Shown: piece by piece, positions 43,198-55,199 of the stretch
Position numbering within the stretch: the stretch's first letter is position 1
Layout: every line of letters starts with the position of its first letter
Assembly (NCBI GenBank): GCA_963845755.1
Contig: CAWJTV010000019.1
Span: 367,335 to 431,334 of the forward strand
DNA from: an uncultured Planctomycetota bacterium
GTDB lineage: Bacteria > Planctomycetota > Planctomycetia > Isosphaerales > Isosphaeraceae
DNA: 64,000 bases
Reading direction: 5' to 3'
Translations under genes and position numbers: made by a program
Notes under the pieces: model-generated
Database searches by the model: none
What the model saw: only the letters and a program-made list of their open reading frames with translations
Told to the model about the DNA's origin: nothing

Positions 43198-43680
43198 ACG
43201 ACCGCGCAAGACCACACCGCAAGGGGCAGCTTGCGACCCGTGTTCGACCGCGCCGGCTGCCCCGATTGTCTTGCTGGGTCTGCCTCTATCCCATAGAGTC
43301 ATTCCCGACCGTGACGGGCGGCTGATGGTCCGCGTGCAGGGTTGAACCCACTCGTCCGCCCCACCCTATTCGCGACCTGCTTTCTGCCCGTGTGACGCGG
43401 ACTCCGCGTGTGCGTGAACGAAGGTGGCGGGTTCACATACGCCAGGGTATTCGGCAGGTCGGGCTCGTTGCCGTGCGCCGGGGCGACCGCGATCTGGGGG
43501 GCCATGGACCACGAGATCGCAGCGGCCGAGCTCAGCAGCGAACGGACTTCGAGTACCGCGACCGCGTCGTCCGCCAGTGGGAAAGTGCGACGGGGACAGC
43601 AACGGCGCCGAACGCGGTTCGAGCGTGGCGGGAATCACATGTGATGCTCCTTGATCAAAGCAATCGTGCCGCTTCGAGCC

Positions 43681-44643
43681 TCAGCGACGGCCACCCGACA
43701 CCGGGCCCCGAGCGAGAGAGGTGGCCGCGAACACGAGACCGAGCCCGCCGGCCAACAAGATGACGGAGGCCGGCTCCGGCACGGCAGTGGCGGTGAAACC
43801 GTGGACCACACCGTCGGCAGCGATGTAGGTCCCTACGATCTCGCCCTGCACGTTGATCCCGTAGGCCTCTGTCCACGTCGCTCCAGGGGGGTCGAGCGTT
43901 GTGTACCTACCGTCGCTATACAGGAAGCCATGGTCATTGCCCGCGGCGTCAACATAGTCGCCCACGATCTGCCCGAACTGGTTAATACCTCTGGCATAGG
44001 TGGAGACGGAATCCGAGAAGGAGATCGTGGTGTACGTGCCACCGCTCAGCAAGAATCCACGTCCTCCATCTTTCGAGTCGTAAAAGCCCACGATGTCACC
44101 CTTCTCGTTGATACCGCCGACGCTGGTGCCACCTCCGACTACGGTGGAAGGGTCGTCGATCCGGTAGTATGTCGAGCCGTTCAGCAGGAAGCCGTGCTTA
44201 TTTCCATTGCTGTCCTGATAGGTACCGGTGATCTGACCGAGGGAGTTGATCCCGGAGGCCCATGTCGCCTGCGTTCCTCCGGGGACGACGAGGTTGGTGG
44301 TCGTGCCGTCAACCACGTTGAAGCTGCCCTGGTTGCCGAGGAAGGGCAAGGCGTAGAACCCGATGATCGAGCCGGCGTTGTTGATGCCCGTGACAGTCAC
44401 ACTCAAGAAGGGTCCATTCTCGATCGGGGTGTAGACCCCGTTGCTCAAGACGAATCCGTACTGGCCCCCGCCCGCAGTGGTATTGTAGCTTCCCACGATG
44501 TCGCCCTTGTCGTTGATCCCGTAGGCCCAGGTGGCATATGAGTTGGGCGCGGTCAGCGTGGTATAGCTGTAATCTGCCTGAACGCGGGCCTCCAGGGACA
44601 GCGCCACGTAGAGAGTCATCAACACGGCTTGGATGCAACGCAT
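43681..44643 (-). CDS. PEP-CTERM protein with HAF-like extracellular repeats
   Basis: Signal peptide; repeated A.GIN..GxIVG.Y....HGF; C-terminal VPEPASVILLAGGLGL...R. Confidence 0.9.
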   Translation of the reverse strand: MRCIQAVLMTLYVALSLEARVQADYSYTTLTAPNSYATWAYGINDKGDIVGSYNTTAGGGQYGFVLSNGVYTPIENGPFLSVTVTGINNAGSIIGFYALPFLGNQGSFNVVDGTTTNLVVPGGTQATWASGINSLGQITGTYQDSNGNKHGFLLNGSTYYRIDDPSTVVGGGTSVGGINEKGDIVGFYDSKDGGRGFLLSGGTYTTISFSDSVSTYARGINQFGQIVGDYVDAAGNDHGFLYSDGRYTTLDPPGATWTEAYGINVQGEIVGTYIAADGVVHGFTATAVPEPASVILLAGGLGLVFAATSLARGPVSGGRR

Positions 44644-45353
44644 AGATCTCGCCCTCCTCAGGTCCACGAAGCGATTTCCCAGCCAGCGGCAGACTGGCCA
44701 ATTTGCCTAGGTGTTATATGCGCACGAATCGATAGAACCAGCGCAGATATCGCTAATTATTCAGAGAATAAAGCGAGGGACTCGCCTGGTGTGAACTCAC
44801 AACCAATGCTGTACCAAGAGGTTCTGTCAAGACTGTGGAAGGGAAGAAGGCTGACACGGCACGCCTGTTCGGCAGGAGAGTTGCGCCCGCGGCTCTGCCG
44901 GCCAACGTGACTGCCATCGTGGTAGAGACGATGCATGGCGAAGTCGTCCGACTGCCCCGGCCCGGGACATCCGCTCCGGGGGCATAAAGTACCTCGATGA
45001 GCTCCTGCCGCTGTTCGACCGCCTCCCGGGCGTCGGCTGTCAGCGCGATCGGGCCGGGAACCGCGAGCCTCGCTTCCGTCGCAAGGACGGCACCAGAAGC
45101 CATGTCCGGCCAGGGCGATTCAAGGCGTTCCCTGGGTGCGATGACGACCATCTCGTCATGGTACGCCGGTACGTCGAGCGCGACGTGCGATTGGGGAAGG
45201 CGCAGCCGCTCCTAGTGAAGGAGCGTTGCGCGAGTCGGTGTGATCGACCGAAGCATAGGTGGGTGAGCTGATACTCTGATCGTCACCGGTCATTTCGGCG
45301 ACACTCGCTGTGCCCCTGCCGCCGGCGAATGGATGTCGTGACTTCGCTCACCG

Positions 45354-46190
45354 TCAAGGCGACCTTGCACGTCTTACCGACCTGGCCCGATACACCTCGT
45401 ACAGGAGCAGGCTTCCCGCTACGGCGAGATTCAGCGAGTCGGCGACACCGACCATCGGAATGCGAACGAGGTCCGTGCAAAGGTCACGCTGCAGCGGCGT
45501 GAGCCCCCGGCGCTCCTCGCCGAGGACGAGGATCGTCGGGCGGGGATACTCGAAGCGGTGGAGATCGGCCGACCCGTCGGGCGAAACGCCGATGACGCGA
45601 CAACGGTGGCGGCGCACCCAGTTCCGGAGGCTGCGATCGTTCGTCCGGATGAGTGTCTGCCGGAACAGCGCCCCCATCGAGGCGCGGACGACCGCGGGGG
45701 CGAAGGGATCGATCCTTGGCCCCACCAGGATGAAGCCGGCGCCTCCGATGGCCTCCGAGGTTCGGATCAGGCTGCCGAGGTTCCCCTCGGAGCGGACCGC
45801 CTCGAGCACGACCCAGCAGAGCCCCGCCCGCGGCGAGGCGCCGTGCAACGGCGACCACCGCTGGGCGACGACGGCGCCCACGCCGGAGGCGCGAGGCGTC
45901 GTGGAGACCTGGCGGAAGGCCTCGGGAGAGACGTGGAACGTCGGGGTACCCGACCGGCATCGGTCGCGGACTAGCCTGCGGGCGATGGGTACGATGAGGA
46001 GCTTCTCGCTGTAGACGAGCGTCTCGATGTGGAAGCCGCTCTCGATGGCATGGACGACGTTCCTCACGCCCTCGACGAAGAACGTCCGGTGTACATCCCG
46101 GTGCGCGCGATCCGCCTGGAGGCGTCTGATCGCATCGAGCGTGGACCGGGCATCGGGCGAGTTCCGATCGGGGTGGATTTCATGCGGCAT
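45354..46190 (-). CDS. TrmH/SpoU family RNA 2'-O-methyltransferase
   Basis: FFVEG, GNLGSLIRT, VRASMGA, LVLGEERRGL, IPMVGVADSLNLAVA; AAAGGAG RBS. Confidence 0.92.
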   Translation of the reverse strand: MPHEIHPDRNSPDARSTLDAIRRLQADRAHRDVHRTFFVEGVRNVVHAIESGFHIETLVYSEKLLIVPIARRLVRDRCRSGTPTFHVSPEAFRQVSTTPRASGVGAVVAQRWSPLHGASPRAGLCWVVLEAVRSEGNLGSLIRTSEAIGGAGFILVGPRIDPFAPAVVRASMGALFRQTLIRTNDRSLRNWVRRHRCRVIGVSPDGSADLHRFEYPRPTILVLGEERRGLTPLQRDLCTDLVRIPMVGVADSLNLAVAGSLLLYEVYRARSVRRARSP

Positions 46191-46224
46191 TCTCCTTTCG
46201 GGGAGCCTGGGGCTCGGTACGAGG

Positions 46225-46253
46225 AAGAAAGGGCGGGCCACGCCCGCGCCCGC
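46225..46253 (-). terminator. Intrinsic-terminator-like hairpin in the leader of the TrmH gene
   Basis: On the - strand GCGGGC-GTG-GCCCGC followed by CCTTTCTT. Confidence 0.45.
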
Positions 46254-46719
46254 TCACGAGCGGCCGCGATCCGAAGTGCGGGACCGCATCGATAGGATAA
46301 CGTGTAGGAGCGGGATGTGCCCAGAGCGGCGCGGTGGCCTCCGCGGCGTCCCGGTGCACCGTTCGAGACGTGATCGGCAGCCGTGATGGGCGAATTCCCG
46401 GGCCTGCATTCATCGACGAGAGCGCCGGGGTTGCTCTCCGCTGCCGTTTTCGAGGCTCGTCGGCATCTCAGCGGCCCCGGCGCCACCGCTCCGTGCCTGA
46501 ACTTCTTCTCTCCGGCATCCAGAGTTGGAACGCCGGGTTGCGGCGAATTCTCTCCGGGCATTCAGGATGACGTGGTTCAATCATATCCATTTGCAACAAC
46601 CTCATTTCCGAACAGACATCGGCCCCTCGACTGGTGCACTGACACATCCTCTTCGCGGTGAGTCCTGCGGGCATACTCGATGGACCCGGGCGTCCAAGAC
46701 GGCGAGGCCCTCTTCGGAC

Positions 46720-46750
46720 TTGACACGTAAGTGCTTCCTTGCGCATATTG
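46720..46750 (+). promoter_or_regulatory. Sigma70-like promoter with a putative ArsR operator
   Basis: TTGACA at 46720-46725; imperfect palindrome ACGTAAG-N6-CTTGCGC (46725-46744) just before ATG 46756. Confidence 0.55.
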
Positions 46751-46755
46751 ACAGC

Positions 46756-47089
46756 ATGCTGGTGTCTCCCGATCGCGAGCCGGATGTCTTTGGGGCAATT
46801 CGCCATCCCGCGCGTCGCCGGATGCTGGATCTTCTCGTCGAGGCCGACCGCTCCGTTAACACGATTGCGGGACATTTCCAGATGAGCCGCCCAGTCGTTT
46901 TCCAGCACCTCCGCATTCTGCTCGATGCCGGTCTCATGACCGAGCAGCGGCATGGCAGAGAGCGCCGCTATCGCCTCATTCCCGCGCGGCTCGGTCCGGT
47001 GCGGGACCGGATCGGCGCGCGACGAGCGGTTCTGGGATGACCACCTCCAGCGGCTTCAGGAGCATCTCACGAAAGGGAGCGAAAAATGA
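46756..47089 (+). CDS. ArsR/SmtB family regulator; frameshift near 47020
   Basis: DVFGAIRHPARRRMLDLL...SRPVVFQHLRILLDAGL...GRERRYRL, then ERFWDDHLQRL in another frame. Confidence 0.85.
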
Positions 47090-47506
47090 CTAAAAATATC
47101 CGAAGCGCCAAGAGCACCACCAAGAAGGCCGTGGAGAAGAAGGCGGCCGCGCGACCCGGCCCGCGCGGACGAGGCGGAGGGGGAAAGCCGCCGTGCTCGC
47201 GAAGATCTCCGAGATGCCGGAACCGGATCGCGCCCTAGGCGAGCGGCTCCATGCGATCATCAAAGCCAGCGCGCGGACCTCTCGCCGAGGCTCTGGTACG
47301 GGATGCCCGCGTATGCCAAGGACGGCAAGGTCCTCTGCTTCTTCCAAAGCGCGCAGAAGTTCAAAACGCGGTACGCGACGTTCGGCTTCATGCACCAGGC
47401 GAACCTCGACGAAGGCGCCATGTGGCCGACCGCCTTCGCGCTGAAGGAGTTGACTGCTACCGAAGAGGCAAGGATCGGCGCGCTCGTGAAGAAAGCGGTG
47501 AGCTGA
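47086..47506 (+). CDS. DUF1801 (YdhG-like) protein, frameshifted
   Basis: [59 protein letters not shown] overlap with the ArsR stop. Confidence 0.85.
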
Positions 47507-47734
47507 GGACTGAGTGACCCGATGGCGACGGAACGCGCGCGTCTTCTTCGAGCATTCCGGCTTTGACGTCCCCCAGCCCTGGGGCAAACAGGCGCTCTTG
47601 CGAGGAAGCAGGCTTTACTGCCTCCCGAACTGTTCGACAGGATTTGAACCTCGTATAGTCCAGTAGTGAATGTCTGGCTCATGGGCCGAATTCGTGAGCG
47701 GTGGCGCTGAACGGGCGGCAGGCGTTGCTCAGGT

Positions 47735-49005
47735 TCATGGGGTGTTGCCCGCAGGTCGCCGACGTATCGTGAGTCGGTTTTCCGCGACGATCGCGACGAA
47801 GGTCAGGACGACGAGGCCCGCGAGTAGCCAGAGGGCGTGAGAGGCTGCACTTTCGACGACGGGAACGATGGGGTTGGCCCAGCCGAAGGTCCGCTCAGCG
47901 AGCCATGCGGCGGCGGCGATGCCGGTGAGGGCGGCCCCGGTGATACGGAACGGCCCGTAGACTCGCGATGGTGCCAGCAGCACGAGCCAGGGCATGGCCG
48001 CAAGGATGACCAGGAGTTGGACGGCTTCGATCCCGAGGTTAAAGCCCAGCACGCTCGAAATCATCGTCAACGGGTCCAATCCGAATCCGGCCAGCGTCGA
48101 CGCGAACGCCAGGCCGTGCACCAGCCCGAAGCCGCCGGCGATCAAGACTTCCCGGCCCCGGAAGACCGGGAGCAGGGCGTGGACGGCTGAGACCAGGATC
48201 GACAGGGCAATGGCCGACTCGACGAGGGCGCCGGGCAGGCGCACCCAACCGAGCGCCTCCGAACACGAGTGTGATCGAGTGGCCCAGGGTGAACGCGGTC
48301 ACGACTTTGACGATTCGCCGGAAGGCCGTTTTCCATCCGGCATAGCCACCCCATCTCCCGTTCGTAGCGACCAGCGGCGCGGGGAGGATCAGGGCGAGCA
48401 AGAACAGGAGGTGATCGGTCCCCTCAGCGATATGGCGCGCACCGAGGCGAAACATGGCGGCGAATCCCTGAAACCAGCTACCCCCTGAGCGGTCGATGGC
48501 GAGCTCGGTATCTGGTGTCGCGCATCGTTCCCAGGATTACCGGCTCCTCGCCCAACACGCCAGTGCGCCAGTCTCTGGCCAGGGTGACCACCGCCGTGTG
48601 CGTGATCAGATGGTGGAAGATCACATCGTAGTGGAATGTCAGCCGGTCTACGGGCGCGCCGGATGGGGGAGTCATCGTCAACGCCACCCGAACGTCGGGT
48701 TCCTGCTCATTGAGCGGGGTCACTCCGCGCACCGTCACGGTCCAGGGCCGCCCGTCTGGAGCAGATGGGCGGACATGCGTGCGGACATATTCTTCGAGTT
48801 CTGCTCCATATGTCTGCACCGTCTTGACAGAGTCCAATGGCAACGGCTTCTCCCAGCCCATCGCCAGTTCGCCGATCGGCAGCGTCAATTCGGCGTCGAT
48901 ACCGGTGCGATGGAGACGCAACACAACCGCCGAACTGGGCATGGGATGGCCCCACGCCGGGAGCGCTGCCACGAGAAGTAGGAGGGCCGGGAGGAGTCGT
49001 CGCAT
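47735..49005 (-). CDS. HupE/UreJ family membrane protein; about 2 frameshifts
   Basis: WGHPMPSS; GARHIAEGTDHLLFLLAL, TAFTLGHSITL, FGLVHGLAFA, FNLGIE. Confidence 0.88.
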
Positions 49006-49013
49006 CGGATGCC

Positions 49014-50174
49014 TCAGAAGGAGAACTCGGCGCCGTAGTCGGTCAGACGGTCCCGCCAGATCGTATGGACATGGTCGCTACCCTGTGTGGCGAACTCAAT
49101 CCAGACGCGTGGCCCGTCGAGACGCACGTAGTCGCCCCGATCGCTCAGGTTCGTCGAGCCCGAGTAGGACACCTTGACCTTATCGAGTTCGGCCTCGTAG
49201 AGCTTGCGGTATTCTGCGCCCTGGGGGCTATCACCCGTCCAGGCCGCGATCGCTTTCTTGACGAAATCCTTCGAGGCATCGGAAAGCTCGGAGACCGGAA
49301 CTCCCTCACTCTTGGCGGGGAACTTGCCGTCCTTGCCGGGACCGACGTAGACATCGTTGAAACGCGCTTCGAGCTTCGCCTGTTTCGACTGCTCGGGCGT
49401 GAGGGAGAGAAGCAAGCCGTGCAGGGATTCGCGCATCGGGGCGAGCGGTTCGTGCGTCTTGCCCTGATCGTCCTTCCAGACTGTCGGCTGCGCGGCGACG
49501 TGGTAAGGGGTCGCGGCGCCGGACGTCCCTTTGTAGTAGAGATTGATGGCGAGATGGTGGCCGCCCAATTGCAGGATCCAGGGCGTCGTCTTCGACGGCT
49601 TGCCCAGGAACGCGATCATGTAGTTCATCGCCCCGAAATTCATTCCCCCACCTCCGCCTTTCTTCTTGGCGACTCCGCCGGCTTTCTTCTTGGCCGGATC
49701 GCGACCGGCTTTCTTCTGATCAGGACCGCCGGGGCCTCGGCCGCCTCGCCCTTTGGCGAAGGCGTCGTCGGCCGCGCGAACTTCCTGGTATCGTGAGAAA
49801 CCCTCCTCGCCCAGGGCAATCCGGGCGACCTTCAGGGCCGCCGCGACCTGGTCGGGCTTGAGGTCGCGGAAGAAGACGCCGTTGCGCACATTGGACCCAC
49901 CCGGAAAGTTCGTCCACCGGACGGCGAGTCGCGGCGTGAGCTCGATCTGGGCGGTCGCTCGCTGCTCCTCCGAGAGCGTGGCCAGGAAAGCCTCCCCGGC
50001 GTCCACGACGTCGGCCGCCTTCGACGAGGCGAGCAAATCCGGGCGGGGCGCACTGGTCTGGGCAACGGCCTGGGGCCCCACCGAACCGAAGTAGGTCGCG
50101 AAGATGGCGACCAACAGGGTGCCGGCTGCGGCGGTGAGGGCGAGAATGGTCCTCGCCGAAACTCCGTGTCTCAT
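49014..50174 (-). CDS. Secreted DUF3500 domain protein
   Basis: FLATLSEEQR, WTNFP, W...GGHHLAIN, YVRLDGPRVWIEF, DHVHTIWRD..DYG. Confidence 0.9.
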   Translation of the reverse strand: MRHGVSARTILALTAAAGTLLVAIFATYFGSVGPQAVAQTSAPRPDLLASSKAADVVDAGEAFLATLSEEQRATAQIELTPRLAVRWTNFPGGSNVRNGVFFRDLKPDQVAAALKVARIALGEEGFSRYQEVRAADDAFAKGRGGRGPGGPDQKKAGRDPAKKKAGGVAKKKGGGGGMNFGAMNYMIAFLGKPSKTTPWILQLGGHHLAINLYYKGTSGAATPYHVAAQPTVWKDDQGKTHEPLAPMRESLHGLLLSLTPEQSKQAKLEARFNDVYVGPGKDGKFPAKSEGVPVSELSDASKDFVKKAIAAWTGDSPQGAEYRKLYEAELDKVKVSYSGSTNLSDRGDYVRLDGPRVWIEFATQGSDHVHTIWRDRLTDYGAEFSF

Positions 50175-50592
50175 GGTTCAAGGTCTCCGGAAGGGTAGAT
50201 AACGGTCCTTCGGCTCAGCCTTCGAGAAGGTTGCCCGAGGTCTGCCTCGCGACTGCGGCTAGTTCACCAAAGCTCATATCGTAGCGTCCAGCCCCCTCGA
50301 TCAGGCTGCGAGAAATACTAAAATCCTCTTCATCTTGGCTTGTCCACGAGACTTACGGGATCTCGCTGGACGCCAAGACGAACGAGTCGCTCCTCGCCGC
50401 TTTCATGGGCGAATTGGTGGGTCATGTCCCGGAAGGAGGTGGCATCCTCGCTCATGTGACCCAGCGGAATGCCGGATCCTGGTCGGAGATCTCCACAACG
50501 ATCGAGACCCTTCGCTCCAGGAGGGTCCAGATCTGCGACGGGAGCTTGCGTCGGCCGGGTTCGCTCGTGCAGTCGGTCGACGCCGTCCGCCA

Positions 50593-51970
50593 TCATCGAG
50601 GGGTGCGGCCGGTCGAGGTTGCCGAGTCCTGGGCTACGTTCGCGTTCGACAGGGGCGATTGAGGATTGAGGATTCGGGTCAGCCGCCGCCCCACGATCTC
50701 GGCCCAGAGCTGCGCGCGCCCTCGGCGAGAAGTGGTCGTCCTGGATCCTGCGATTGAACAGCTCGCTCTCCATCGACCGCCTCCCCGCCGCTTCCGAGAG
50801 GTTCACCAGCCTGATGTGCTCGTTGACGAATTCGTTGAGTGGATCACAGTAGCGCATCGACGTGGACCGGAAGAGGTTGCAAACGCGACCGGGATAGAAC
50901 GCATCATTCCGCATGGCTTGAATCTGGGTGAAGGTCGGCACCGGGACGAGGAGCAAGACCACCGAGCGCGCGGTACACCATTGCCGGATTTGATCGAGCC
51001 AGTATTCGGCCTCGTCAAACCAATCGCCCTCGCCGCGAAGGACAGCCGGGCCGTCGCCGAAATCATTGGGGCAGACGCTCACCACAACAAACTCGGGGCG
51101 CATCCGGTCGCCGTACTCGCACAGCGTGAAATAATACTGCTCCGGCGAGTAACCGATGTGCCCGGTGTTGAGGATCGAGACGGGGACCTTCCAGGCGGAT
51201 CGGAGATAACGTTCAAGATAAACGGTGGGGGTCTCGCCGTCTCCGTTGAACATGGCCAACATGAAGGAATCGCCCAGGACGATACCCCGGACGGTGGCCG
51301 TCGTATCCGGCTCGGCGCCGCGCAGGCCCCAGGAGTTGGTGTTCTGCACCGAGCCCTCGTTGACGATCCCGCCGGCGCGCACGGCCGCGGCGCGGTGCTT
51401 CGGCGTATCGAGGACCTGGAACATGCCGAACGGGCCGTGGTGCAGCGTGATTTGCCGGAGCCAGACGGACCGCGTATCGGGGCGCATCCGATAAGACCGG
51501 CCGTGCTCATCCGGCTCGAAGACCTGCGGCGAGATCACGAATGCCTCGGCGCCCCGCCCCCAGCGAATCAGGCCGTGTTCCGGGTCCATCGCGGCGACCC
51601 GGAAGAGCTCCCGCATCTCCTCGGTCGTGTTGTCATAGAACCGCGTGAGCACCTCGTGCGTCTGCTCGACCTCGTGCTGACGGCGCAATCGCCACTCGGC
51701 ATCGACCCGCGCCCGGTCGGGCTCGAGCCCGAACACCCAGAGCATCGCCCGGTCGCGCGCCCGGCTCGTCCACAACCGCACCTGGTGCCGGCCCGTCGAC
51801 GAGGTCCCGATGAGGACCGTCGCCGCCAGGGCGGTGATCGCCACGATGATCCGCTTGAACCAACGCCGGCGCCGGTCGCTCCGTTCGACGAACGGCAAGA
51901 CTTGCTGTCGCTGCCGGGGCGGCCGGGCCATGTTCCGGAGCCATCGTCCTGCTCGCTTGTGGTTGTTCAT
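50593..51970 (-). CDS. Membrane-anchored SGNH/GDSL-like hydrolase; frameshift near 50720, stop position inferred
   Basis: NSWGLRG, VLGDSF, NTGHIGYS, PNDF, DDHFS. Confidence 0.75.
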
Positions 51971-52019
51971 CTGCGGATCGCTTCTTCTGAACCCTGCGTG
52001 GAGACTCGCACGTCCTCGA

Positions 52020-52596
52020 TCAGGTGTCGAGCCGCTCCACGCGGCGGGTCAGCGGGTTCCAGAATCCAATCCGACTCGGCGGCGTCAACTTCTCGGGAAA
52101 CACGATCAAGTTTGTACCCGAGATCGCCGGGACCGCCGTCGGAACGAGGAAGCCTTCGAGCCCCGGGACCTCGAAAAGGGCCGCTCCTAAACGCTGAGTC
52201 GGCGCAGCTCCTGCCGTCCCATGCCGATTCCACTTCCCCGTCAATTCCTGCTCCGAGGTGCGGATCCGCTTTTGTCCTCTGGGGTCTGTCAGATCGGCCA
52301 CCCCTCGAAGTACGACCTCAAGGTTGAGCACCGTCCATGTCGCGGAGGGGTTCGGAATGGGCGGGTATGAGGTTCCTAGCAGACCTCCGACTTCGAAGAG
52401 AGCATGAAGATGACTCTCGGCCAGGTACAACACCGCGTAAGTGGGTTCTCGTGCGGATCCGCGATGGTATCGACCGAAGGTTGTCCGTGTGTGTCGGGTC
52501 GAAAGGCGATTTCTCCAATGCCGCTGGTCGATGGCGCGAAACCAATGACCGGTCACCGGACGGAGAGTGAGCAGGGGACACGCGCGCCAAGTTCAT
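52020..52596 (-). CDS. RES domain toxin (NAD+-consuming family); probable frameshift just after the start
   Basis: WFRAI, FGRY, VLYLAE...ALFE, PTQRLGAAL, GFLVPTA, NLIVFPE; ATG 52596 overlaps the antitoxin stop. Confidence 0.85.
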
Positions 52597-53138
52597 GCGA
52601 AAGAGCCCGCCTGCGCCGCTTCAATGATGATATGAACTCGTGTTTCATCTTCGGTGTCGATCAGATCGATGGGCCGTCTCCACTCGAATTGAGGGTTGGG
52701 CATCATCAGCCAATACTCGGGATCGTCGACGACCGTGCCGACCTTCTCGACGAGTTCCTTCCATCGGGACGAGCCCAGGATTTCCTTCGGTGACGTCTCC
52801 TCCTGGTTGATGAGACTCAGGGTTGAATCGACGAGCTGAGCCCCGGCTTCGGTCAATGAGTAAATCGTCTCGCCACCATGGAAATGCGCGTCGAGTGCCT
52901 TGGTGGATCCGAGCAATGCGAGATGATGGTTGAGTTCGGGCTCTGTCAGGCCCACGCGCTCGCAGATCTCGCTGCGGCCCCTCTTGCCTTCTGTCAACGC
53001 CAGCAGGATCTTCATTCGTGTCGGGTCGCAAAGGGTCTTCAAGAGCCAAGAGACGGGATGTGCAAGCGCCAACACAGGTTTCCCGCCATCCCGAACCGCG
53101 GGTCGCTTTCGTGGCGACTGAGTGGAAGGCATCGCCAT
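52593..53138 (-). CDS. Antitoxin: ArsR-type wHTH fused to an MbcA/ParS/Xre C-terminal (DUF2384-like) domain
   Basis: LCDPTRMKILLAL...LNHHLALL...YSLTEAG; WLMMPNPQFEWRRPIDLI; GGAGG RBS. Confidence 0.8.
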   Translation of the reverse strand: MAMPSTQSPRKRPAVRDGGKPVLALAHPVSWLLKTLCDPTRMKILLALTEGKRGRSEICERVGLTEPELNHHLALLGSTKALDAHFHGGETIYSLTEAGAQLVDSTLSLINQEETSPKEILGSSRWKELVEKVGTVVDDPEYWLMMPNPQFEWRRPIDLIDTEDETRVHIIIEAAQAGSFA

Positions 53139-53235
53139 GGTGAACCTCCATCTGGTCCGCGGGAGATGAGACATCCTCTCCCCATTTCATCAATGATATC
53201 GACTCTTCCGCCGGATTCCAAGGAACCGATCGGGG

Positions 53236-53268
53236 GCGATCGGCCTCGCGTTCGAGGCCGTCGCCCGG
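53236..53268 (-). terminator. Hairpin downstream of eno
   Basis: GGGCGATCGGCCTCG-CGTT-CGAGGCCGTCGCCC. Confidence 0.45.
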
Positions 53269-53304
53269 GGTCGATCGATCCCGGCGATGGTGCAGAACTC
53301 GGGA

Positions 53305-54843
<1,539 letters not shown>

Positions 54844-55199
54844 CTACAGGAGGGGGCGGGGGTGCGGATTCTCGGGACGGCATCGGTTGAAGGGGATCCA
54901 ATGCGAGGCGGCCCCGCCCCTTCGTTGTGTGGGGCAGGGGGGGACTTGGTCTCCCGTGGAAAAGGCGGAGACCGCCGCGCGGTGCGGCGTCAAGGTGCCA
55001 GTTCTCGAGGGCGCCCGGTTGAAGGCCCTTGCGGGCTTCAACCCCCGTCATCCCTCGACAGCCAGAGCGCCCGGGACGAAGCCCTATCGGGGCCTTTGGC
55101 CCCGTTCAGGCGGCGTCCCGGACGCTCTGACACAACCCGACGAGAAGCGAGCTGGAAGACCCAGTTCCTCAAGTCGCGAGATCCGCGTTGACTGGGCCA

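Noticed and set aside
44753..45215. Possible 132-aa minus-strand protein or fragment
   Set aside because: No recognisable motif or clear RBS; cannot be supported.
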